A stretch of 22,229 bases of DNA, taken from contig NW_021836978.1 in assembly GCF_006345805.1 (NCBI RefSeq), positions 1-22,229 of the forward strand, read 5' to 3'. The DNA comes from Octopus sinensis. Taxonomy: Eukaryota. The notes under the pieces are model-generated. The model ran no database searches, was not told the origin of the DNA, and worked only from the letters and a program-made list of their open reading frames with translations. A program made the translations under genes and the position numbers. Shown piece after piece: positions 9,100 through 19,300 of this stretch (positions are counted from its first letter, which is position 1; every line of letters begins with the position of its first letter).

Positions 9100-11769
9100 T
9101 TAGAATTGTTCCAAATTAACTTCCGTTTTCTAGCTTTATGAAAAAAAGTACTTTTTTGGTAACACGCTTCTTCCGCTTAGGACGTGATTTGGATGGAGAA
9201 CTCTCTTCCTGTCCCTTACAAAATAATATTAATATCACTAACATCTGGGAGGTCAAACACGTTTGAAACATGGGGAACATGTTCACTTGGTACTCTGTCG
9301 ACGTCCTTCCCTTTCTCTCTTTTATTTGATTTTATCTTTGTCGGCATAAAATCGTCTGGATTGGCCAATTTCACTAAAAGTTTATGAAATATTAAATTAC
9401 AGGATGGCAGGACGGGATTCCCAGCCTCGCTCTAATTAAATAACACACATACAGTTTTACATCAATTTCAGGAATTTGTTTTGGGGAGATCTCATCTTTG
9501 ACTGGCATGAACTTATTCAATATTCGTCTTTCACTCTTCTCACTGTGCTTCTTGTTAATCCAGTTATGCAAATCAAGTCTAGCAATTTCGAATGAACACT
9601 ACCCATTAGGGACAGGCAATTTTCTTTGGGCTCCAGGAGCAACTGGATTTAGTTCTTGAGAGAAAATTGGTTTCCAACAGTTAACAACGTCCTCGATAGG
9701 AAAGTCAGCGTAAAGCATTTCCAATAATTCAACAAGAAGACAAGCCTACGAATCAAATGCACTATTAAAACGCGTTCTTGAACTTCGACATGCTGACTCT
9801 GTTTAAAGAAGATAAGAATATTATTCCATTGAGTGAGGGAAATGGAAAGGATAGAACTATGACCAGATTGGCACACTAATTCGATGACGAGACGAGTAAT
9901 GGCCTGGACACAAGAGGCCTCGACAAACCCAGGTCGAGTTGGAGTAATTGAAGGACATAGTTTCTCAACATGAGTGAGATTTTGAATGAGTGAGAGAATG
10001 TCCTTTACGTACCTTTGAAAATGAAAATGAAGGACACACTGTGAGTATTGGGAAACTATCCACGCAGCAGCAGACAAGACGTAAACATTTTCCCCGTGAA
10101 GAACAAGAGAAGAGTGCACCAAGTTGTCAATGAGGATAATCTTTAATAATAAGAGCAAACAAACCATTTGTTGAACTATGAACTCCCTGACTGATTTGAC
10201 GCGAACTGCGACAGTCAAAAGTTGTTCCACAATGAGTGAAGAGTTGTGGTCACTCTGAAAGGAAGCAAGGTGGATAAGAGTGGCAACATACCTAAAATGG
10301 ACTATCGGTGTCATACCACTCAAAGTTGGAAATATTCTCAAAGTTATTATCCTTGCAAATTTGTATTATAGTGTAGATGAGTTTACCCGAGTATTCTCCC
10401 TCATATAATGTCAGTCCCTTCTTTAAATATTCGACTGACATCATGAGATTGTCTCTGTCCACCTGCAATGTCAGGATATGTCCACCAATCGACGAATAAG
10501 CGACAGGGCTCTGATTCTGATGGACTGATCATGTTCGTGGAGACAGTTTGTGATTCGCTGATGGAAAGGAAGGAGAGCACTGTTCTGAGGAACACGAGAC
10601 ATGATGAGCAGTCCGAGGTACCTCACTGAAATCAAAGAGTGGGCATACGGTTAGGATCGTTGTCGTCGACGAAGTGTGCTAGTCTTTGAAGACAATACTA
10701 AAAAGTGACTAAACAAGACAACAGTGGTTCCTTGTTGGTGAGTGTTGCTTTGCACTATGAATGAAATTATCATGCCAAACCAATAGCGAGAATGCACTCA
10801 AGAACAAGCGAAGGTGAATTATGGCTAGAATAGTCATATCATCCTACCTTTTGACAGAATTGAGGAGAGGGTCGTACAATTTCTTGATCAACCGAGGCTC
10901 GACTGTCAGAAGAGAAGAAAACTGGAATAATAAGGGAATGCCACCAATTTGATCAGTTTTATGTGAATCCAGTTATGTGAAGGGTCTTTAAGCAAGTCGA
11001 ACAGAGAGGGTGCCATCACAACATAGTCAGCAGGCTTCCACTTGGCCAACTCGCATATCAAGCACACTGTGGCCGTCCTCACCCCCGAGTCCTCGTGTTT
11101 GAGCAGATTTTGCAGAGTCGGGAATGCCTGTTTGACGGAAAATGGATATTTCTGAAACATTCGGTGGAGGACGAGAACAGCCCGTTGGCGGACGACCTGA
11201 CTTGTGGAGGAGGATATCTGCTCGAAATAGGGAAATACCACTGTCATGACATCATCAAATAGAATATTGGCCATATCTTGTGTGGCATAGCTGGATATCG
11301 AATGGAGGGCCCAGTTGATTATCAGGTGGTTACGGTTGTGCAAATCCTGGATAAGACACGTAGAATACCTTCTTTAGTAGATTGGTGGTGAGGACAATCA
11401 TTTCTATTCCCTCGTAGAAAATGAGAGAACCACACAAATATCCGATTTTCTATGTTAAACATATCGAATTACCTTTATTGCGAGTTTCTCAGAACTCATG
11501 ACCTCGATAACATTAAAAGCACACCAGCTCACGTTGTATCCCAGCATTTGAAGCTACCAATAATGCACATCCCCAACATATAAGAGTTTGTTCAGGGCAT
11601 TGGCTTTGGTTTCTATTTTTGTGCTTTTTAATTCTTGGCGTGCCTCGTCAATGCACTTGGAAATGAATGCATCCTGGTCATCAGCCGCGCGAATGCCTTT
11701 GATCATTTTCTGAGTGTTCATTTCTAGTATTGACCCGAGTGTCTTTTTCACTGTGGACTTGACTGACAT
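9100..11769 (-). CDS. AP3D1: AP-3 adaptor complex subunit delta (delta-adaptin), about 19 micro-introns, apparently lacking the C-terminal ear domain
   Basis: Spliced translation: MSVKSTVKK...KGIRAADDQDAFISKCIDEARQELK...KANALNKLLY|LQMLGYNVSWCAFNVIEVMS...|KIGYL...EDSGVRTATVCLICELAK...NWIHIKLIKL|FSSLLTVEPRLIKKL...DDNDPN|LRYLGLL...DQSIRIRALSL...ISNFEW|YVATL...VAVRVKSVREF...LSAAAWIVSQYS...ELNPVAPGAQRKLPVPNG|LDLHNWIN...EHVP...KRKKR, collinear with the delta-adaptin trunk and hinge. The 3' end (stop at 9100-9102 or 9116-9118) depends on the last intron call. Confidence 0.93.
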
Positions 11770-12129
11770 TCTAAAAGTATTGAAAATGAACCAAACAGTT
11801 ATGTAGAACACCCAAACAACAATTAATTCAATTTGTATATAATTTTATTATTTTTATTTCACCCATTTTATTAACCAAACTCAAAATTGATGTCTATTTT
11901 AATGATTCTTTAAGATATATGGCCGCCTTCTAAATGAAAAAAACACCTCTCTAATAGATCTTTTTTGTAGTCGAGTTCAGGAGCTATTTTTGGAGAATAG
12001 AGTCGAGTACTAGAATCTATAATTTCCCATGCTAAAAGTTAAGCTTTTTTACAATCAGGTCACACCTATCAGAATTCAGTAAATAGTATAATATCTGTTT
12101 TTTTGAATGAATTAATGAATGTTTATTGT

Positions 12130-12770
12130 AAGAAAGTCGAAAAGTGGCAGTATGTGGACAGAAATAGACGAGACGATTGCTCGGGGCAATTGAGCTCTTC
12201 AGTTTTACGACCGGTTTTCTGTAGCGTTTCAGGTTAGTCAACAATTCAATCCGATCAATATATAGTTTGGTCACTTGCGATCATCTCCGGAAAATCCTGA
12301 TTGAGTCTTAGATGATATGCTCTATTGCTGAGGACATATCCCCCGCCCAGCTTGGGAGAGGACCACCTGGGATCAACCCGTAGCCTAGCTTCTGTCTATA
12401 GCGCTGTATTTTTTAAATTTCAGCAGGGTTTTCTTGTATTGCTCTAAGACTTGGAAAATACTTTAAGTTTAAGTATTACCACGCATTTATTCCATACATT
12501 AGACTGGACAGGATGATCCCGTGGAAGACAAACAGAAAGTTACTTGGATCCAAATGCATACTCTTTAAGCAGCGATGGGTTTTTTTCTTTCTCCTTGATA
12601 TGCAAAGAGTAGCCTGAGTTAACGTCAATTGTCGGTCCTCGATAACGTATTTAATTTTGGGGAGCAATTCCCGCCAGGGACCCGGGTCCTAACCTGGTGA
12701 CTTTTTTGCGTTGATTTTGATGTAGGCAGACTTGTTCAAGACCAGCGAGAGTTATTACTGCTGCACTACT
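12130..12770 (-). mobile_element. Internally deleted LINE remnant (CR1/L2/Crack-like)
   Basis: Minus strand KINAKKSPG*D (KxPGxD motif upstream of RT) near 12690-12720, then HRCLKSMHLDPSNFLFVFHGIILSSLMYGINAW (post-RT IxSxLxYxxxxW pattern) and RYRKPVVKLKS. Boundaries are approximate. Confidence 0.45.
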
Positions 12771-12787
12771 TTTTTATCACTCTAATG

Positions 12788-12900
12788 CAGGTGTTCTCAA
12801 CCAGGGGCGAATCGCCCCCCTAGGGGCGAAAATTTTGTACAGGGGGGCGATAATATATTTAATAAAATATTCGAATTTTAGTGTAATACAAGTATTTATA
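12788..12900 (+). mobile_element. Probable left end of a hAT (Charlie/Ac-like) DNA transposon; interrupted by the Tc1 and presumably continuing at 20531
   Basis: Starts CAGGTGTTCTCAACC (hAT-Charlie-type terminus), preceded by the 8-mer CTCTAATG (similar to the NTCTAGAN target), with three subterminal GGGGCGA motifs. The partner TIR is not in the window. Confidence 0.55.
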
Positions 12901-13089
12901 CAGTCTGTAACAGCAAAAAGGAATATTCTTAAAAAACCATTTAAAATTAAATAATATTCATTTTAAATATTTAAATCACTCTAATGACATTAATTATTAT
13001 GTAATTACATTTTTATAAATTTTAAAAATCTTTGAAAATACATAATTTTAGTCAATTATTTGAAATTTTGTAACAGCAAAAAGTAATAT
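12901..13089. repeat. Intact 189-bp Tc1 terminal inverted repeat with outer and inner direct repeats (transposase-binding sites)
   Basis: The core TGTAACAGCAAAAAG(G/T)AATAT occurs at both ends of the TIR (about 12906-12926 and 13069-13089) and is mirrored at 14206-14226 and about 20503-20523. Confidence 0.9.
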
Positions 13090-13118
13090 ATCAAAACCCA
13101 ACAATAAAAACCATTGAA

Positions 13119-14127
13119 TTAATAGTTAATATATTTTCCCTTGGCACGACAAAGGTCCAATGTTCTTTTTCTAAAACTTAACGACAATTTTTTGCATATT
13201 TCTTCATCAAATTCATTCCAAACGTTTAAAATTTCGGCCTTTAGATCTTTTAAATTCTGAGGCGCTCTTTCTGCTATTTTCTCTTTAATTATTCCCCATA
13301 AGTTTTCGATTTGGTTACAATCAGGAGATTGGGGGGCCATTGCAACAATTCAACATTTTTTTCATTCAAGAATTGTTTAGTAAGCTTTGCTGTGTGTTTA
13401 GGATCGTTATCCTGTTGGAACACAAATTCATCAAGCTGCATTTTTTCCGCATAAGAAAACAAATTCCTTGATAAAATATCAATATATTTGTATTTGTCCA
13501 TTATACCGTCAATAAAAACTAATTTGCCGACGCCATAATATGAGAAACAAGCCCAAACCATCAAACTGCCACCACCATGTTTTACAGTAGGTAAAATATT
13601 TTGGGGTTCTAACTTTTTATTGCGTTTTCGCCAAACAAAAGGCTTTCCATTGGTGTAGAAAAGGTTGAATTTACATTCATCTGAAAAAATAATGCTCTTA
13701 AGTTTCTTTTCATCATATTGAATCCATTTGCATGCTGCTTCATAACGTAATTTAATTATTCGTGGTGTTAGCAATGGTTTTTTTATTGGTTTGTGGGCAT
13801 ATATTTTTTTCTTGTTCAACATTCTTTTAATTGTCATATGACTAATTGATAAATTTCTCTCATTTTTCAATTTAATAGAAATTTTCCTAAGTGACAATCT
13901 GGAGTTTTGTTCAATTTCATAAGAAATCATGTTTGAAATTTCTTCAGAATAAATATTATGACCACCACTGCCTTTTCTGGGTACCTTTGTATTGCTTAAA
14001 GATATTTTTTTTATTTGTTTCGAAATTGTTGATTGGCTAACGTGCAGAATAGATGCAATATGTTTTGCTTGAAACCGGCATTTTTTAATGAAATAATTTG
14101 TGCTATTTTATTTGAAGTCAGTTTCAT
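13119..14127 (-). pseudogene. Tc1 transposase, about 336 aa, with two single-base frameshifts
   Basis: MKLTSNKIAQIISLKNAGFKQ/HIASILHVSQSTISK (HTH)...KKPLLT...IIFSDECKF...VWACFSYYGVG...FQQDNDPKH...W/PQSPDCNQIENLW; 34 residues between the second D and the E. The frameshifts fall in an A run (about 14063) and a C run (about 13335). Confidence 0.92.
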
Positions 14128-14465
14128 TTCTATAAGTTATTATTTATTTATCATGTACACAACAGGAATCAACAGAAATCAACAGAAATTTTTAAAAATC
14201 AAAAAATATTACTTTTTGCTGTTACAAAATTTCAAATAATTAACTAAAATTATGTACTTTCAAAGATTTTTAAAATTTATAAAAACGTAATTACATAATA
14301 ATTAATGTCACCGGTTTTTGCTGGGACCCGGCATCTGCTAGGACCGCAAGCGTATTTTCAAATAAAAAATATTGAAAATAGTTTATTAACAGTAATAAAC
14401 ACATATTTATTAATTATTTTTAAAAAAGAATATTACTTTTATAAAATTAAACTGTCACGTGAAAA

Positions 14466-15649
14466 ATGGGTCTACTGGTTTTGACTAGAGATACTTTGTC
14501 AAAAATCAAAGAATACAAAGAATCCTAGATTTGGATGAAGTTTTTGATAAGAAGGAGAGATATAAAGTCAAACAACATGCAGAAACCTTTTCTTTTGCTG
14601 ATGGAAAAGCTTATATACGAAGAAATGGCCTAAATCTACGATTTTTTTGTATTGAAGACGCAGAACTAAAATTACTAATGATTGAAGTATTGGTTGTCAT
14701 CTAAAAATAGTCCGAGCATAATTCTAATCTTGTTGATCTGCGCCGATATGTGGAAGTGAATGATTCAAATTCTTGGGTATACTTTCAGAATTGTAATTTA
14801 TAGGTACTTGTACTTATTGATTCTTTTTCTAAATTTGGAGTTGTGGAGCTAGCCAAAAATAAACCTGGTGCTGAGATTTCTTCGTTATTACAAAATATTT
14901 TTACATAATTGGCCCCCCAGTCATTCTACAAACCGATAACGGGAGGGAATTTATGAATTCCTATGTAAATGCAAATTGCGAAAAAAATGAAAATAAAACA
15001 AATTTGTGGAAGACCCAGAGCACCTTGGATTCAAGGCCAGGTTGAAAGGTAACCTACAGCAAATAAATTATCAAACTTTTTAGATTTAATCAATCTATCA
15101 AAAGGTGGATTCATCTACAAGTAGTTCTAATAGAACTTTTGGCGTCTATAAAGATATTATTAAAGAATTGTTTACGACTATAATCGTTCACGACATGCCA
15201 CAACAAAGCATTTCCTTTCAATATCTTTATGGGAGTAAGAGGCAATTATGCACCAAGTGGTGAAGAAATGGAAGCTCTCTGCGCGTTTAATGGAGAAGAT
15301 GCTGATGCTGAAATTCAATTTGTTGAAAATGAAGTAACTCATGAGGAAAATATTGCAAAAATTTGTTATCAACATACGAGAATCTAACGAAAGCAGGAGA
15401 AAAAATGAAAAACAAACGGAAATGGAAATTCGACGAAAACGACATTAAGTTTGTTTATCACGTGTTATAATGCGGATTTAGGTGGGGGATAATGTTCTAT
15501 TACGGCAGGATATTGATGCTAATCCACAGAATAGAAATTATCCATTATATGATCAAATTGATACGAAAAAATATAAAGTTATTGCGAGAGAAAATATTTT
15601 TGATATTGAAGATGAAGAAGGATTTGTCGTAAAAGGACAAATATTGTGA
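14466..15649 (+). pseudogene. Retroviral-integrase-like DD35E transposase of Ginger-like element A, with four introns and an internal deletion
   Basis: ...LLMIE|SEHNS[deletion]LVDLRRYVEVNDSNSW|VLVLIDSFSKF...GPPVILQTDNGREF...GRPRAPWIQGQVER|FNQSIKRW...YNRSRH...KF|VGDNVLLRQDIDANP. GT-AG introns at 14687-14710 (24 nt), 14777-14803 (27), 15049-15083 (35) and 15453-15481 (29). Most of the HHCC zinc finger and the first catalytic Asp are missing; several frameshifts. Confidence 0.82.
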
Positions 15650-15704
15650 GACTTTATAAAATTGATTAATGTTTTTGTTTATAAAAAATAAGGCTTGTGT
15701 TAAA

Positions 15705-15827
15705 ATAAGGGTTAAGGATAGGTTGGGGTTAGGGATAAGGTTAGGGTTAGGGATAAGGTTGGGGTTAGGGATAAGGTTGGGGTTAGGGATAATGTTGGGG
15801 TTAGGGATAAGGTCGAAGTTAGGTTAG
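15705..15827 (+). repeat. Telomere-like tandem array inside Ginger-like element A: about 6 copies of an 18-bp unit made of three hexamers (TTGGGG-TTAGGG-ATAAGG)
   Basis: Read directly from the sequence; six exact TTAGGG copies between 15729 and 15806. Confidence 0.9.
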
Positions 15828-16363
15828 TTTTTGGGATAAAATTGAGATTTTATCACGCGCCAAAGATAAAAATGTATTTTTATCACGGATTAATACTTTT
15901 TGTGTTTTTTTATTTAGTTTTTATTTAAAAAAAATATAAATAGTTTTAATTTTTTTTGACTGGTAATCCAAATATTAATTAAATATTTAAAGTTCAACGG
16001 CGTTAATAACGAATGTTGGAGTATGTTGGCTTTGTACAAAAAAGAAATTTCAGTAAATTGGAATCTATCAGCATTTTAGGGTTAAACTTTAACTATTAAT
16101 AATTTTAGATATAAATAAAGCGATTTAGTCGATTTTTAGTAGGGCGGTCAAGGAGATGCCGGTCCCAGCAAAAACCGGTGACAATTAATGTCATTAGAGT
16201 GATTTAAATATTTTGTCGCGACCCACGCTGGCGACCATCCCACGCTGGCGACCATCCGACCTTCAATTTGACAGGTTATGACCTTCAGTGATGTATTTTT
16301 GACATTAATGACGGATTTGTCCCACAATCTTTCAAGATTCGAACCTAAACTGTTATTATTTAT

Positions 16364-19300
16364 TTATACCTCATTCCCTATTTCAAAATCATATTTTGAC
16401 CTGTGTACTCCCATCTTTGTATTCATTCTTTTAAATAAGATGAATTCATGTCTGGAGGAGTGAAATTAAAATTTTGTTATTCGTTTCTAAAATAAATACA
16501 TCGTAAATTACCACTAAGTTCATCTTCGACAAACGATGCCTCATTATTTTCATCTCTAAATTATAAATAAGATTATAACCTGGTATTTCATGAATCACAG
16601 TGTTAATTCCAGAAATACCCCTAAACTTTTTGAAGGGGGTCTCATTGATCGCCGAGTGGTGTGTCGTATTATAAAAAAGTTACTTTGTCTAAAAATTGTT
16701 TCCAATTTTTAGTTCCCTCTATTTCCATCATTTTGGCCAGAGCACGAGTTAAGGTTTGGTTAAACCTCTCAATCACACCCTAAGTTATATAACTAACAAA
16801 CTTGTGACTGAGGATGGTTTGGCCTTCCATAAATATGCTTAATTTTGTTTTACTCGCATAGTTGAGCCATAAGTTGGTTTTTGAATTCCAACCCTTGTCC
16901 GTTTGCAAGATCTGACAATATCCAATTTGATAAAACAAATTTTGGAATTTATTCACCACTTCTTCAAATAATTTTAAGTAAGTCTTACCAGAAGCAGTTT
17001 TATTTTTTAAAGATTTGCAGACAACAAATTTGCTGTGGATGTCAATAATTGTAAGTATCCAATTACATCCATCATTAAACTCTTTATTCGTTTCTAAAAT
17101 AAATACATGTGTATTCTATGTGGCGACTTCAACGCCCACCATCCTCTCTGGTTATCCACAAACAAACTGACAAACGTGGCCAGCAAATCACAACGGATGC
17201 GGAAGAATTGATCACTCTAAACAACCCTCTTCTACACACCCGCTGTGCAATGCGACCTGGTGATTCAAACACTTCTCCTGACATTACCTTATGTTCCCCA
17301 AACATCGCCCTCGACGCCAAATGGACAGTTCTGTACGACCTACCAACGGACCACAATCCTATTCTAATCAAAATAAACCATCACCCTGTAAAGAAGAGAA
17401 TTACGAAGACCTACATTAACTACAAACGTGGGAATGGGACTCGTTCAGGAGTGAAACTGAACGTATATTCAGTAATTTTTCTTGCTCCTCCATTCAATCA
17501 TTTGACGCTGCCGTTGCTTTCTTTACTAGTACACTTCTTTCTGCGGACAAAAAATTTATTCCCCGCGGCTTCATCCGAAATCACGGCCTCCACTTCCCCC
17601 CACCTATCATTGAACTATTCAAAAAACGAAGGAGGATCAAATCGACGACTTCTATCAATGGAAATGGAGAATCTCTAGCAGAAATCAACAAACAAATTGA
17701 CGAATTAATCAAGAAACATAAAACTGACGAATGGAATGATTTTATCACTTCATAACCCCAAATACTGGATCCCGTGCTTTCTGGAGAACCCTCAAGAAAA
17801 TTCACACGAGGCAAACATGTCCCCTCTCACATGCCACCGGTATCTCGACCAAAAAATCTGTCCTATCTTTCCAGGATCAAGCCAACATCTTAATTCGCCA
17901 TTATGCAAAAATCAGTCACCTTCCTACCCCAAAGGATCTCCGTTTCGTAAGAAAATCACATTATAAGTCAAATGACAATTCTACTGACTATTACATTAAC
18001 ATCCCAGAATCACTTACCAGGCAACTTGTTGTTAACTCGCGGAATTCTAACGCCAGAGGTCCTGATGGCCTTGCCATCCACCACCTAAAAAATCTGGGTC
18101 CTAATGGCTTTCTGGCTCTGACCAATTTAATCGAATACTCGATCAACCATGGTCTGGTTCCTATGCTTTGGAAGAAATCTACCATCATCCCTATCCCAAA
18201 GCCAAATCGTGATACCTCTGACCCCTCCTCTTTTCGACCTATCTCTTTGATCTCAGTGGTTTCAAAAATAACAGAGCGAGTTGTATTGAGCATCATAAAA
18301 CCTTTCCTCCCATTTGCTGAATCTCAACATGGCTTTCGTTCTTTGCATTCCACTTCCACCCATCTTTCAAAACTGACACAATTCATTGCGGATGGTTTAA
18401 CAATCATAAGCCACCTCAAAGAACAATTATTGCATCCATCGACATTGAAAAGGCATTTGACAGAACGTCAAGACACGTTCTGTGTAGGAAAATAACCGAT
18501 ACGGAATTCCCCCCATCAATAAAGTCATGGCTACTCTCTTTTCTCTCTGGGCGTCTTGGTCGCACCACAATCATGGCTTCTTACTCACGCTACAAATACT
18601 TGCCTAACGGAGTTCCCCAAGGCTCGGTCCTTTCACCTGCCTTATTTAACTTACATCTGTCAAATATCCCGACGAACAATAATACTCTACTTCTCTCCTA
18701 CGCTGATGACTTAATTTTTGCCTCCCGCCACCAAAACATAATCACCGCTTCTGGATTTCTGCAGGAACACATGAACACTCTTTCGTCCTGGCTGAAATGC
18801 AATCTTCTTCAACCTTCTCCTTCCAAATCATCTGTTACGCTATTCACAACTGACCGCCGTCAGTTCAACTTAGAGCCTAAACTATTCCTAGACCACACTC
18901 CCTCCCAGTTGAAAAATCCCCCAAAATCTTGGGTCTGATATTTGATTGCTGTTTGTCCTTCTCGAAACATGTTTCATATATCTGTGGAAAATCCCAGAAA
19001 AAACTCAATGTGCTCCGAGCTATTGCGGGGACTTCATTTGGGCAGGATAAGGAAAGTCTAACAGCTGTATACAAGCAGTTTATTAGAACAACTATGAACT
19101 ACGCCATCCCTGCTGGGGTTCCTGCTTATCTAATACAACCTTGAAAAACTTCAGAGAACTCAACTCAGCATTACGAATTATTACCGGCTGTCTAAAAACG
19201 ACACCTACCGACCACCTACATTGGGAATCGAAAATCCTTCCAATCAGTGACCATTTTGAATGCTCGGGCTGCAATTTCTTGACAAATGCCGAACCCTAAA

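Larger units (their letters stand above)
14306..16183 (+). mobile_element. Ginger/TDD-like integrase-type DNA transposon, family A (1878 bp)
   Basis: About 40-bp imperfect TIRs TGTCACCGGTTTTTGCTGGGACC(C)GGCATCT (14306-14347 and 16144-16183). The 5-bp TSD ATTAA lies at 14301-14305 and 16184-16188. Removing the element restores the Tc1 TIR. Confidence 0.88.

Noticed and set aside
12776-12986. 12-bp direct repeat ATCACTCTAATG (12776-12787 and 12975-12986) as a TSD
   Set aside because: The second copy is an integral part of the Tc1 TIR and is mirrored in the right TIR, so it cannot be a duplication flanking an insert; most likely chance.
15705-15827. A true chromosome end or telomere fusion site
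   Set aside because: The array is short, has a composite 18-bp unit, is in one orientation only and lies inside a TIR/TSD-bounded element.
16214-16256. CRISPR-like or integron-like repeats
   Set aside because: These are two adjacent 17-bp copies without spacers, mirrored at 20417-20459 as a TIR, in a eukaryotic context with no cas genes.
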